Shown: in pieces, positions 21,085 through 31,550 of the stretch
How the letters are laid out: every line of letters starts with the position of its first letter
Numbering within the stretch: the first letter of the stretch is position 1
Virus record (IMG/VR): IMGVR_UViG_3300021959_008125
Location: 21,866 to 85,865 of that record
Reading direction: 5' to 3' (one strand)
Origin: a virus
DNA length: 64,000 nucleotides
Program-made: the position numbers and the translations under genes
Notes under the pieces: model-generated
What the model was told of the DNA's origin: nothing
The model's input: the letters and a program-made list of their open reading frames with translations, nothing else
Databases searched by the model: none

Positions 21085-21282
21085 ATGGGAATTTTAAAAA
21101 ACCAATTACAAGGAAGTAACTTAGGATTTAAAGGAAACACTCCTGCAAAAAGAGAAGGAGCATTACCTACCTCAAACCTACACGCAATCAGTAAAGGACA
21201 GGTATCTTCACCTTCTTTCAACTCAAAGCACGACCTGGACGGACTTACCCCAGACAAATACTCTGATAACAAACCTCAATAA
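21085..21282 (+). CDS. Small virion-associated hypothetical protein
   Basis: Preceded by TATTTATA; DLDG.TP.KY motif. Confidence 0.55.
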   Translation: MGILKNQLQGSNLGFKGNTPAKREGALPTSNLHAISKGQVSSPSFNSKHDLDGLTPDKYSDNKPQ

Positions 21283-21285
21283 TAG

Positions 21286-22794
21286 ATGGGCATAATCCAG
21301 AACTTTAAGGAAGGTAAGATGGATGGACTGCGTTCACTTAAAAACAGTGAATTCGGTACAAAGGATCTATATATAAGTAAAGATCTTCCTCCGTCTAATC
21401 CGTTAAACTCATCTGGATTTTCTTACAATGGAATAAACTCTAGAACTAACGATTTAGGGAGAATTGCAAAACTTATTGCAGATAAACCCGGCTTTAAGTA
21501 TATTAGTAATATTAATCTACTTAACCAGGTAGATACATCTGCTAAGATTCAGAGATCTGGCAATCAAAAAGGACAATTTGATTTAAAGACTTTTGGTAAC
21601 AAAGTTAAGGAAGGAATTATTTCTGGGCTAGTTAATACTGCTTTACAGGTCGGCACAGTTTTAGCTCAAGTTCCTGTAAATGGAACAGGGCTACATTTTA
21701 TAAACGGACTTTCTCCGTCAGGATATCTCCAGACAGGAGCACCTAGAACTTCCGGTTTAGGTCAGTTTTTAGAATCACAGGGTATAGGCGGAGGAGTCAA
21801 CGGAGCAAAAAGTGTACTGAATGGAATGCCTGTTCCTACCGACGTTGAACAAAGACTTGAAAGTATACTAGCTGATCAAGGTTCTTCAACTAACAATATT
21901 AGTGATAGAACTATTAAACCTAAAATTGAAAACAAATACCTTGTAGATGATTTTTCTAAAGGAGCTACTACAACTACCTATAATGTTTCTGGAGTTAGTA
22001 TCGAAAACAAATTCAAAAAAACTCAATCAGGAAATAACCATACTTCAGCCGACTATATAAACGGTCTAGCAGAACAAACTAATTCTATTTTAGGAGATGA
22101 CGACGACATTATACCTTTTGAATTTCATAGATTAGGTATAGAAAAAGAAGATAATGGAATTTTTCTATACTTTAGAGCGTTTTTAGATAGTTTTAACGAT
22201 AACTACTTAGGTGAATGGTCTGGCACACGTTATATAGGTAGAGCAGAGCAGTTCTATACATATCAAGGATTTAACAGAGAGATTCAATTTAGTTTTAAAA
22301 TTGCAGCTTTTAGTAAAGTCGAGATTAATCCTCTTTATAGAAAGTTAAATTTATTAGCCGGAACAACAGCACCATCTTATAATGCCAATAAAGATTTTAT
22401 GAGAGGAACATTAACTTCGATTACAATTGGAGATTATTTAGTAGCTCAAAAAGGATTTATAAGTAACATAGCATTAAGTTGGGAAAAAGGGTATCCATGG
22501 GAAATCACAACCGGAGACACAGAAGAAAAAGGAAACGTAAAACCTGAATCAAGATTAAGAGTTCCTCATATACTAAATGTTGATGTATCATTTACACCTA
22601 TACATGAATTTAATGTTAAAACAGATTTAGAATTAAGTACTAACGATAAGTATATTGGGGGGTCTAATACTTTAAAAAATATACCTATAGAACAGATAAG
22701 AAGACCGAGAACAGAACCTACTGAGGAACAGACTCAAAATTTTGATCAATTTTCCGGAGAACAAGGATTTGGAACTTTAGGTAGCGGATTTTAA
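21286..22794 (+). CDS. Baseplate / tail tube initiator protein
   Basis: FRAFLDSFND.Y.GEW....YIGRAE.FYTYQGF.R.I.FSF tube-like domain. Confidence 0.7.
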   Translation: MGIIQNFKEGKMDGLRSLKNSEFGTKDLYISKDLPPSNPLNSSGFSYNGINSRTNDLGRIAKLIADKPGFKYISNINLLNQVDTSAKIQRSGNQKGQFDLKTFGNKVKEGIISGLVNTALQVGTVLAQVPVNGTGLHFINGLSPSGYLQTGAPRTSGLGQFLESQGIGGGVNGAKSVLNGMPVPTDVEQRLESILADQGSSTNNISDRTIKPKIENKYLVDDFSKGATTTTYNVSGVSIENKFKKTQSGNNHTSADYINGLAEQTNSILGDDDDIIPFEFHRLGIEKEDNGIFLYFRAFLDSFNDNYLGEWSGTRYIGRAEQFYTYQGFNREIQFSFKIAAFSKVEINPLYRKLNLLAGTTAPSYNANKDFMRGTLTSITIGDYLVAQKGFISNIALSWEKGYPWEITTGDTEEKGNVKPESRLRVPHILNVDVSFTPIHEFNVKTDLELSTNDKYIGGSNTLKNIPIEQIRRPRTEPTEEQTQNFDQFSGEQGFGTLGSGF

Positions 22795-22796
22795 AA

Positions 22797-23108
22797 ATGG
22801 CAGATAGATACAAAACTATACAGCAATTTAAAGATGATTTAGGTAGAAGATACTACACTAACCCTATCTACCCTGATGTACCTGTTACTGAAAATGATAC
22901 TTACGTTATAACAACAGCAGGAGATAGGTACGATTTACTAGCACAGCAATTTTATGGTGATAGTACATTATGGTGGGTAATTGCATCAGCTAATGTAGAC
23001 GTATCTAAAACTGACGGAATGGCAACAACTCCCGGTATTCAATTAAGAATACCTGCTAACGCTCAACAGGTAGTGTTTAACTATCAAGAGGTAAATGAAA
23101 AAAGGTAA
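22797..23108 (+). CDS. LysM-like baseplate wedge / tail X protein
   Basis: GDRYDLLAQQFYGDSTLWWVIASAN...PGIQLRIP. Confidence 0.85.
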   Translation: MADRYKTIQQFKDDLGRRYYTNPIYPDVPVTENDTYVITTAGDRYDLLAQQFYGDSTLWWVIASANVDVSKTDGMATTPGIQLRIPANAQQVVFNYQEVNEKR

Positions 23109-25279
23109 TGGCAGAGACATTCGGTTCCGGTATAAGTACAAAGATTACTGATCAATTAAAAGCTAGAACTAAGCTTTTTTCTGATAGAAAAGATCCTAAG
23201 CAATTACAGGTTATAAATTCTAACAGTGCTTGGATTAAAGTACGTTCAAGTGTCAATATAGCAGGTGATAATTCTAAAGCAAAACAATTTATTCTTTCCA
23301 ATAGCGGAAATAAAGAAGGAATAGGAGACACCAATACTTCTTTATACAAAGCTGATAATAGGTTAGGATTTAGACCAGCTCCTGGAATAACAGGTTTCAA
23401 AGTAACATCAAAAAATACCTACGGTACACTACAGGAAGCTACTGTAAATTTTAATGTTTGGACACTAAAGGATTTAGAGGACGCCGAAAAGCTATTCTTT
23501 AGACCTGGGTATAGTGTTTTAGTAGAATGGGGCCACAGTGCATACATTACTAGTGACGGTACTTCTAATATAAAATTTACTAATAGGGAAGCAGTACTTG
23601 ATGATAATAAGTGGTTTCAAAGCAGTACGTATGGGGCAATAGAAAAACTAATAGCTAAAAAACGAGATAACTACTACGGTAATTATGAAGGTTTTTTAGG
23701 GTTAATAGTAAATTTTTCTTGGTCTTATAGATCAGATGGAGGTTATGATTGCTCAATAAAAGTAGTCTCAAAAAATGTTGTATTAGAATCTATTGCTATA
23801 GGAAAAGGAACTGATTTAGTAAAGTCTGAAGAAAATGCTAATAAAAAAGTTGGTCAATTAGATTCTAAAATCCGAAAAAGTCCATTTCATGTTTATTACT
23901 TAGGATTAGAGGGATTTTATAGAATAGAAAATGAAGGTAAAACTGGAGTTCAGGCACTAGGAGGCGGAATCTTAGTAGATTCAGGAGAAGGAGAAAAAAT
24001 TGTAACAGATGCTCTTTACTACAATTTAAAGGCAGCCTTAGGGCAGAAATATAAAGATTCTGTAAAGTTTTACATTAATACTACAGACTTCACTGTCTTT
24101 AGATTAAAAATATCTAAAAGTAATGAATCACACCTTGATTATTCAAAAAATAACGTTATACACTATGTTCCTTTGAGTTCTGTATTAGAGATATATAATA
24201 ATCATATTTGTATTAAAGATAAAAATAACAAAGAAGTACTTATTCCTTTTGACTTAGAATCTGAAGAAAAATTTTTTACTTTTGGCGGACATTATAGTGC
24301 ACTTCCTCATGAAGTTTTAATGCGAACAATTCCGTCGGTTCCTAAAAATAGTATACTCCCCCCACCGTTTGACTATGAGGGTTTTCGTGTATTTAACTTT
24401 CAACCTAATAATACTTTTGATACTAATCCCTTATTAATAAATAATATTTATGTTTCTACAAGAGTTATTTTAGAAGAAGTAGATAAAGTAATTGAAAGTA
24501 ATTCAGAGGGAGTAGGAGTTTTAGAAGCTATTGAAGGTATATTATCAAGAATTGAAAGAGCATACGGTGGAGTAAACGAGTTTGACATAGTAAATGCCGA
24601 TGATAATTCTTCTATGAAAATAGTAGATAGAAAAAACCTAGACCCAACAAAAGCTAAATCTCTTTCAACAAGATTAGATGTAACCGGGCTTGGCTCGACA
24701 GTAGTAGATTTATCGGTCAGCAGCGGAATTACCTCAGACATAGCTTCTCAAATAGCTGTAGCAGCGCAAGCTCCTAGTAATTCTACAGATGACAATGTAG
24801 CTAATTTACTTAGATGGAATAAAAACTTGACTGACAGACATTTAGAGAAAAAAAATACTACAGACGATAGTCTATCAGATCCAGAACCAGAAGCTAGCGA
24901 AGCATTTAAACTGAATCAACTCTGGAAAGCAGTTAATGAAAAGAACAAAGATTCAAGTTCAAACTCATGGACGTTTGAGGAATGGGAAAATTTATACCAA
25001 CAAACTTCTTCACATATTCAAGAACTAGCACAGTTACCTTATATAGTAGGAGATGAATTTGAAGAAGCTGTACCTGGAGTAGTTCCTGTAGAACTTTCAC
25101 TTAAAATGTTAGGTCTAGGAGGATTTAAAGTAGGAACTACTTTTAAATTACAGAAAGGTATTTTACCGGCTAAATATGATGAATTTGGATATATTATTAC
25201 AGGTGTCGAGCATGAAATAGCATCTGATAACAAATGGTATACTAATATTAACACACAATTTTTCGTTCTTAAAAAATAA
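23108..25279 (+). CDS. Baseplate hub protein
   Basis: RP.PGIT, LFFRPGYSVLVEWG, C-terminal YIITGVEHEI...W.T. Confidence 0.7.
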   Translation: MAETFGSGISTKITDQLKARTKLFSDRKDPKQLQVINSNSAWIKVRSSVNIAGDNSKAKQFILSNSGNKEGIGDTNTSLYKADNRLGFRPAPGITGFKVTSKNTYGTLQEATVNFNVWTLKDLEDAEKLFFRPGYSVLVEWGHSAYITSDGTSNIKFTNREAVLDDNKWFQSSTYGAIEKLIAKKRDNYYGNYEGFLGLIVNFSWSYRSDGGYDCSIKVVSKNVVLESIAIGKGTDLVKSEENANKKVGQLDSKIRKSPFHVYYLGLEGFYRIENEGKTGVQALGGGILVDSGEGEKIVTDALYYNLKAALGQKYKDSVKFYINTTDFTVFRLKISKSNESHLDYSKNNVIHYVPLSSVLEIYNNHICIKDKNNKEVLIPFDLESEEKFFTFGGHYSALPHEVLMRTIPSVPKNSILPPPFDYEGFRVFNFQPNNTFDTNPLLINNIYVSTRVILEEVDKVIESNSEGVGVLEAIEGILSRIERAYGGVNEFDIVNADDNSSMKIVDRKNLDPTKAKSLSTRLDVTGLGSTVVDLSVSSGITSDIASQIAVAAQAPSNSTDDNVANLLRWNKNLTDRHLEKKNTTDDSLSDPEPEASEAFKLNQLWKAVNEKNKDSSSNSWTFEEWENLYQQTSSHIQELAQLPYIVGDEFEEAVPGVVPVELSLKMLGLGGFKVGTTFKLQKGILPAKYDEFGYIITGVEHEIASDNKWYTNINTQFFVLKK

Positions 25280-25803
25280 TGTACTTACCTAAATCTAAAT
25301 ATAGAATATTAAATAAAGTTGACGGAAAGTTAATTGATCCTGAAACTAAAGAAGAGTATACCGGTACCTTTATTAAGGATTATAAAGAAAGGTACTACAA
25401 AGGTTCAATACCAAAACGTACCCCAGAGCCGTTAGAATTTATCCCTAACAATGCTCCTATAAGCATTTCAGAGTTTGTGTTCAAAAACGACTATGTGGAA
25501 CCGACTGAAAAAGATTATAAAAGAAAATTCTACTTAAGGTACTTTATTCAAGATACAAGAGATAGAAAAATAGTAGAAGTAAAAGTAGATTCTTTTACTC
25601 AAGCAATAAGAAATCCGGTATTGTATAGAAAACCTTTAAGGATAGAGTGGGAACTAAGTCAACCACTAGAAGATACTGTTTTCAAAGGATTCAAATACGA
25701 AGGATCTCGTACAAAAAATATTAAAACTACCGAAAGAGCTGAAGAAATCCTACCGGGAATCACTGAACAGCATCTTTCTGACCCTGCACAGTTTGTAAAA
25801 TAA
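25279..25803 (+). CDS. Hypothetical tail/baseplate-associated protein
   Basis: MYLPKS start and PT..DY...FY.RYF; translationally coupled to the upstream gene. Confidence 0.6.
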   Translation: MYLPKSKYRILNKVDGKLIDPETKEEYTGTFIKDYKERYYKGSIPKRTPEPLEFIPNNAPISISEFVFKNDYVEPTEKDYKRKFYLRYFIQDTRDRKIVEVKVDSFTQAIRNPVLYRKPLRIEWELSQPLEDTVFKGFKYEGSRTKNIKTTERAEEILPGITEQHLSDPAQFVK

Positions 25804-25838
25804 ACTTTTTATCTTATATTACTTAAAAGGTTATATAA

Positions 25839-27164
25839 GTGTTTTATATAGTAGAGACAGAAATCCAATTAGAAAAGTTAGAAAGACTAGGACGCCTAGG
25901 AGGTTATGTAGATATTATATCTTCTAATAATAACTTCCATCCAAAGCTTACCTCTACTATTGCTATATATCTCAGACCTACAAATAGTAAGCATGGATTT
26001 ATTATTCCTATAAATCACGATGAAGGAATTAATACAGCTAAAGAACGTGTCTCTAAGATACTTAATGCCTACAAACCACTTTATACCTTAGATAAGAAAA
26101 ACCTTCTGTATCACTTTAATATACAGGATAGTATAGATTTATCTTTACTTTATGCTATGACTAATTATAGCAAATTAGAGTATTCTAGAGAAAACTCCTC
26201 TTTAAACTTTTTCTATAATAAGTTTTCTAAACATACAAACATTAATCAGCTTATTCCTATAACAAAATTGTATGAATCTTGTGAAAAAGTATACGAGTCT
26301 GTAAAAGAATTCTTAAATTTAACTATACCTGATAAGTTTGACTTTTATAATAAGACTGCAACTAATGTATTTTTTCTTTTAGAGCAGTCAGGATTAGGAA
26401 TACACTATGAGGCTTTCAATAAAATGTTTAATCCTAGAGATCCTTTATACAATATAAAAGACAATATAACTTATTCGTCATATAATCTATACAATGCTAC
26501 ATCTAGACCTACTAATGCTTTCAATTCTGTTAATTATGCTGCTATCCCCAAGACAGAAGAGCATAGAAAATGTTTTAGGCCCCAAAACGACTTTTTTGTT
26601 GAGCTGGACTTTGACGGTTATCACCTTCGGTTACTTTGTGATCAGATTGACTTTGATATTCCTTCTGATTCTGCTCATAAATATTTAGCACAAATTTACT
26701 TTAATAAAGAAGAGATTAATGAAGAAGAATACCAAGAAGCAAAACAAACTAACTTTCACGCAATTTATGGCAAAATACCAGAGAAGTGGGCGAGCCTTGA
26801 AATCTTTTGCAGAATTAATTCGTATATCCGAGAGCTTTGGAGACAATATGAAAATGACGGAAAAGTCTTGGCTCCTATTAGTGGAAAACCATTTACAAGG
26901 GGATTACGAGACATGAATCCTCAAAAGCTGATGAACTATATCATGCAATCGCTTGAAACCTCAAGAAATATTCTTATATTAAAAGATGTACTTAGGTACT
27001 TAAAAGATAAAAAAACTAAGGTAGCTCTTTATACCTACGATGCGATTTTATTCGACTTTTCAAAAGAGGACGGTAAAGAAACATTACAAAAACTTAAGGA
27101 GATAATGGAATCCGGTGGAAAATACCCAGTAAAATTTAAACACTCCAGGGATTTACGTTTATAG
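25839..27164 (+). CDS. Short, divergent family A DNA polymerase-like protein
   Basis: TSRPTN; motif A ELDFDGYHLRLL; motif B AKQTNFHAIYG; NYIMQS; motif C LYTYDAILFD. Confidence 0.8.
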   Translation: MFYIVETEIQLEKLERLGRLGGYVDIISSNNNFHPKLTSTIAIYLRPTNSKHGFIIPINHDEGINTAKERVSKILNAYKPLYTLDKKNLLYHFNIQDSIDLSLLYAMTNYSKLEYSRENSSLNFFYNKFSKHTNINQLIPITKLYESCEKVYESVKEFLNLTIPDKFDFYNKTATNVFFLLEQSGLGIHYEAFNKMFNPRDPLYNIKDNITYSSYNLYNATSRPTNAFNSVNYAAIPKTEEHRKCFRPQNDFFVELDFDGYHLRLLCDQIDFDIPSDSAHKYLAQIYFNKEEINEEEYQEAKQTNFHAIYGKIPEKWASLEIFCRINSYIRELWRQYENDGKVLAPISGKPFTRGLRDMNPQKLMNYIMQSLETSRNILILKDVLRYLKDKKTKVALYTYDAILFDFSKEDGKETLQKLKEIMESGGKYPVKFKHSRDLRL

Positions 27165-27183
27165 AACTAAAAAGATATTTATA

Positions 27184-27642
27184 ATGAACGAAATAGTTAC
27201 TAAACCGAGGTTTGATTACGACATAGAACCTTTTCAGTTTAACGAAGATATGAGCAATAAGCTTTTTTGCACCTTTGCTACAGAAAATACTCTAGATTCA
27301 GTACTAGAGGAAATTCAGGAAAGGTATAAAATTATTTACAACAAAATTTTTGTCCTTTACTCTAAAAGTCAAGATGAGTATATTTGTACTTATAATGTAG
27401 ACTTTGGAAATGTAGGAGCATTTTTAGATAATACTATTCTCGTCCACAGAAAAAAAGAATCTAACACACTCTATACAATTAATGCCCTTAATACTCTAAT
27501 TAAAGAGTTAAACGGAGGGCAATTAGACACATCTTATAGAGTTAACTGGCCTGATTACAGAAACTGTATACTACTAACCAAAGGACCAGAACTCAAGAGA
27601 GTAAATACAAAACTTTTCCGTATTGTAGAGTTGGATCGTTAA
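27184..27642 (+). CDS. Hypothetical phage protein
   Basis: 152 aa ORF, HRKKESNTLYTINALN. Confidence 0.7.
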   Translation: MNEIVTKPRFDYDIEPFQFNEDMSNKLFCTFATENTLDSVLEEIQERYKIIYNKIFVLYSKSQDEYICTYNVDFGNVGAFLDNTILVHRKKESNTLYTINALNTLIKELNGGQLDTSYRVNWPDYRNCILLTKGPELKRVNTKLFRIVELDR

Positions 27643-27660
27643 GATCTTTTTCTTATATTA
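27630..27660 (+). promoter_or_regulatory. Bacteroidota-type sigma promoter TTG-N20-TATATT
   Basis: TTG at 27631 and TATATT at 27654; the same spacing recurs at about 10 sites. Confidence 0.7.
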
Positions 27661-27688
27661 AAATAAAACGTTATAATAAATTAGTTAT

Positions 27689-28471
27689 ATGGATTTAAAT
27701 GCGATTAAGGCTAAACTAGATGCCTTGAACAACAACGGTCAGCAAAGAGAAAAGACTGACTATTCAACAATTTTTTGGAAACCTGAATTAGGTAAGCAAA
27801 CGATTAGAATCGTTCCTTCTGCCTATGATCCTGCTTTCCCGTTTAAGGAATTAAAATTCCATTACGGAGTAGGAAAGTACCCGATGGTTGCTTTATCAAA
27901 CTTTGGTAAGCAAGACCCAATCGAAGAGTTCGTAAAAGAACTAAGAAAAACTAACGATAAAGATAACTGGTCTTTATCAGGTAAACTCAACCCTAAAACT
28001 AGAATCTTTGCTCCTGTAGTAGTTAGAGGAGAAGAAGATAAAGGAGTTAGATTATGGGGATTCGGTATTACTATCTATAAAGCATTACTTGCTTTGGCAG
28101 AAGATGAGGATATCGGAGACTTTACAGACGTTATTAACGGATGGGATATGGTAGTAGAGCAGGTACAAGGTAACCCTTACCCTGAGACTACTGTTCGTAT
28201 TAAACCTAAACAGACTCCATTATCAGATAATAATGATTTAGTTGATAAATGGTTAAAGGAACAACCTAATCCGGTAGAAGTACATACTCAATATGATTAT
28301 GACTTTATTAAAAAGCAATTACAGAACTATCTTAACCCTGGATCAGGAGACGATTCATCAGATACTCCAGCAGCAGCACCTGCACCTAAGCAATCTGACT
28401 TTACGTTAGAAACTGCTACTGAAGGTAATAAAGATACTGTATCAAAATTTGACGATTTATTTAATGAGTAA
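27689..28471 (+). CDS. Single-stranded DNA-binding protein (T4 gp32-like)
   Basis: FWKP, IRIVP, DPIEE, GVRLWGFG, acidic C-terminal FDDLFNE. Confidence 0.85.
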   Translation: MDLNAIKAKLDALNNNGQQREKTDYSTIFWKPELGKQTIRIVPSAYDPAFPFKELKFHYGVGKYPMVALSNFGKQDPIEEFVKELRKTNDKDNWSLSGKLNPKTRIFAPVVVRGEEDKGVRLWGFGITIYKALLALAEDEDIGDFTDVINGWDMVVEQVQGNPYPETTVRIKPKQTPLSDNNDLVDKWLKEQPNPVEVHTQYDYDFIKKQLQNYLNPGSGDDSSDTPAAAPAPKQSDFTLETATEGNKDTVSKFDDLFNE

Positions 28472-29541
28472 TGGCTAAGAAAAAAGAGACACAACAAAAA
28501 GCTGCAGCAGCAGTACAGAAGTCTTTTAATCTTAGCAACTTCAAAAAGAAGAAAGGTTATTCAAATGCATCTGTTAAGTTTAAAGAGCAAGGATGGATTC
28601 CCCTATCTAAAGCCTTTCAAGATATTACTTCCCTGCCTGGTATCCCAACCGGGCACATCACTCTGTTGAGAGGACATAGTGATACAGGCAAGACAACTGC
28701 CTTGTTAGAAGCTGCGGTGAATGCTCAAAAAATGGGCATTCTCCCTGTCTTCATTATAACTGAGATGAAGTGGTCTTGGGAACACGCTAAAGAGATGGGT
28801 CTTCAATTCGATGAAGTAAAAGATAAAGACGGTAACGTATTAGATTACGAAGGCCATTTCCTTTATGCTGATAGAGGTCAACTGAATACTATTGAAGATG
28901 TAGCAGTTTATATTGCAGACCTTATGGATGAGCAATCCAAAGGAAATTTACCTTTTGATATGTGTTTTTTCTGGGACAGTATTGGCTCAGTACCCTGTGA
29001 TCTTTCGGTTAGATCAAATAAAAACAACAACGAATGGAATGCTGGAGCAATGTCTACTCAGTTTGGTAATAACTTAAATCAAAAGATTCTTCTATCTAGA
29101 AAAGAAAACTCTCCTTATACCAATACTATGGTGGCTATCAATAAGGTTTGGACTATGAAACCTGAATCACCGATGGGTATGCCTAAGTTACAAAATAAAG
29201 GAGGTATGTCTATGTGGTATGATGCTACGTTAGTGATTACTTTCGGTAATATTACTAACCCAGGTACATCAAAGATAAAAGCTATCAAGAACGGACTTCA
29301 GGTTGAATTTGCTAAACGTACAAACGTACAGATAGAGAAGAACCATATTGGTGGAGTTCAATCTAGAGGAAGAGTAGTTATGACCTCACATGGTTTTATA
29401 CCTGATGATAAACGTGCAATCGATAAATATAAAGACGAGCATAAAGATCACTGGTTGAAATTAGTCGGTAGTCTAGACTTTGACCTAATAGAAGAAGGAG
29501 ATTTAGAAGAAGATAATATTACTCCTAATCTATTAGATTAA
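28471..29541 (+). CDS. uvsX: RecA/UvsX-like recombinase
   Basis: GIPTGHITLLRGHSDTGKT (Walker A), WDSIG, KGG. Confidence 0.85.
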   Translation: MAKKKETQQKAAAAVQKSFNLSNFKKKKGYSNASVKFKEQGWIPLSKAFQDITSLPGIPTGHITLLRGHSDTGKTTALLEAAVNAQKMGILPVFIITEMKWSWEHAKEMGLQFDEVKDKDGNVLDYEGHFLYADRGQLNTIEDVAVYIADLMDEQSKGNLPFDMCFFWDSIGSVPCDLSVRSNKNNNEWNAGAMSTQFGNNLNQKILLSRKENSPYTNTMVAINKVWTMKPESPMGMPKLQNKGGMSMWYDATLVITFGNITNPGTSKIKAIKNGLQVEFAKRTNVQIEKNHIGGVQSRGRVVMTSHGFIPDDKRAIDKYKDEHKDHWLKLVGSLDFDLIEEGDLEEDNITPNLLD

Positions 29542-30554
29542 TGGCATACGACGATATTCTAAAAAATCTTAAAGAAACCCCACCCCGAGCTCTTAATGAT
29601 CATATCTTGATCATAGATGCGATGAATACCTTAATCAGGTCATTCTCGCTGCTCAAGGCGATGAATCCATCAGGCACCCATGTTGGCGGTCTGGTGGGTT
29701 TCCTTCGCTCGCTAGGGTACGTAACCCGCATCTTTGACCCGACAAGGGTCATTGTTGTGTGGGACGGTAAAGGTGGTGCCGGAAATAGAAAGAATATCGA
29801 TCCGAATTATAAAGCACAGAGAGCTACAGCTCGAATAACTCACTGGGGTTTATACGATACCAGAGAAGAAGAACAAGAAGCTTTAATCGGACAATTATAT
29901 AGAACCCAGGATTATCTTGAATGTCTACCTATACATCAGATGGGGTTAGAAAAACTTGAAGCTGATGATATCATAGCATATCTAGCTAATAGAGCATCCA
30001 ATGCCGGTAAAAAAGTAACTATAGTATCATCAGATAAAGATTTTTTACAGCTAGTTAATGGTAATATCGAAGTATATGCTCCGGTTAAAAAGAAAACTTT
30101 TACAAAAGATAATATATTTGAAGAATTAAAAGTTCTTCCAGTAAATTATAATATAGTAAAAGCTCTACTTGGAGATAATTCTGATAACTTATTAGGAGTC
30201 AAGGGATTAGGGATAAAGACTATAGTATCTGAATTTCCTAAGCTACTTACCGAGGTATCTGATTTAGATTATGTTTTCAAAACTGCTGAAGAAAAACTTG
30301 AAGGCAAAAAAATCTTTGCTAAAATTATTCATAACTGGGATAGAGTTGAGACTAATTTCAAGTTAATGGACTTACATGAAACTACTTTAGATGAGAAAGA
30401 GATAGAATATGTTGAGTCCATTATGAAAGAAAATATACCTGGACTCCAAACAGGAGCATTCTTGCATCTTATGGACCAAGATAAGATAGAAGGTATTACT
30501 AAGAATACCGAAGGCTGGTTAGAAACATTCCGAGCTTTAACTACTGTAAAATGA
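29541..30554 (+). CDS. 5'-3' exonuclease / flap endonuclease (T4 RNase H-like)
   Basis: IIDAMN, WDG, YKAQR, EADDIIA, SSDKDFLQL, GDNSDNL.GV.GLG.KT. Confidence 0.93.
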   Translation: MAYDDILKNLKETPPRALNDHILIIDAMNTLIRSFSLLKAMNPSGTHVGGLVGFLRSLGYVTRIFDPTRVIVVWDGKGGAGNRKNIDPNYKAQRATARITHWGLYDTREEEQEALIGQLYRTQDYLECLPIHQMGLEKLEADDIIAYLANRASNAGKKVTIVSSDKDFLQLVNGNIEVYAPVKKKTFTKDNIFEELKVLPVNYNIVKALLGDNSDNLLGVKGLGIKTIVSEFPKLLTEVSDLDYVFKTAEEKLEGKKIFAKIIHNWDRVETNFKLMDLHETTLDEKEIEYVESIMKENIPGLQTGAFLHLMDQDKIEGITKNTEGWLETFRALTTVK

Positions 30555-31126
30555 ACACAGGTATACTAAAGTTAAGTTTTAACTTAGATTGGAAAAATAT
30601 AAAACCTATAGCTGAAAAACTTATAGAAAGAAGTAGACGTGATAGTTTAGAGGTAAATACCGATAATACTATGTTTAACAGAGAACAACCAACACACCTA
30701 CTTCCAGAACTAAGGTCTTTTTATACTTTTTTAAAACCTCATTACTTAAATTTAGCTTATAATATTCTCAAATATCCAAAAGATCTTGAATTAGTAGTCT
30801 TACATTCTTGGTTTAACAGGTATAATGATAATGGCTACATTAAGACTCATGATCATGCAGGAGCAATTATTAGTAGTGCTCTATATTTAGAAGTACCTGA
30901 AAATAGTGGAGATCTTTTATTTAGAGATCCGTACTACGACTTTAAGAAAAACTACAGTACAAGTTCATCTGAAGATTGGCTTTGGGAAAAAGCTAATGTA
31001 AAAGTAAACGACCTTTTTATTTTTGATGCAGCAATTTCACATAGAAGTGAACCAAATAAAAGTGGAAAAGAAAGGTGGGTATTAGGTACTAATATTGGAA
31101 TAAAACCTAAAAAAACATTATTATGA
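30551..31126 (+). CDS. 2OG-Fe(II) oxygenase (TIGR02466-like)
   Basis: SWFN, HDH, SALYL, F.DP, H.S.PN...R. Confidence 0.85.
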   Translation: MNTGILKLSFNLDWKNIKPIAEKLIERSRRDSLEVNTDNTMFNREQPTHLLPELRSFYTFLKPHYLNLAYNILKYPKDLELVVLHSWFNRYNDNGYIKTHDHAGAIISSALYLEVPENSGDLLFRDPYYDFKKNYSTSSSEDWLWEKANVKVNDLFIFDAAISHRSEPNKSGKERWVLGTNIGIKPKKTLL

Positions 31127-31521
31127 GAAAAGGAGTTATAGCAGGAAATTTTGATGTAATTCACCCAGGATATATAAAGATGTTTAAGGAATGTAAAGAT
31201 AATTGTGATGAATTTATTATCCTTTTACACTCTGATCCTTCTATAGAACGCCCTCATAAACTTAAACCTATCCTGTCAGTAGAAGAAAGAGACGAAATGC
31301 TTATGTCAATAAAGTATATTGATAATGTATTTACTTATACTTATGAAAGAGAGCTTTTAGAGCTTTTAAAAATAGTAAATCCTCAAGTTAGGTTTTTAGG
31401 TGATGATTATAAAGATAAACCATTTACTGGTTATGATTTAAAAATACCTATTCATTATTTGAATAGAGACCACGGGTGGTCAACTACAAAATTTAAAAAA
31501 TTAATTGCTCAATCGATTTAA
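31123..31521 (+). CDS. Cytidylyltransferase (TagD/RfaE-like)
   Basis: GNFDVIHPGY, KPI...ER, GDDY, R.HG.STT. Confidence 0.85.
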   Translation: MRKGVIAGNFDVIHPGYIKMFKECKDNCDEFIILLHSDPSIERPHKLKPILSVEERDEMLMSIKYIDNVFTYTYERELLELLKIVNPQVRFLGDDYKDKPFTGYDLKIPIHYLNRDHGWSTTKFKKLIAQSI

Positions 31522-31550
31522 TTTTCTTATATTTAAACAAAGGTTACTGA

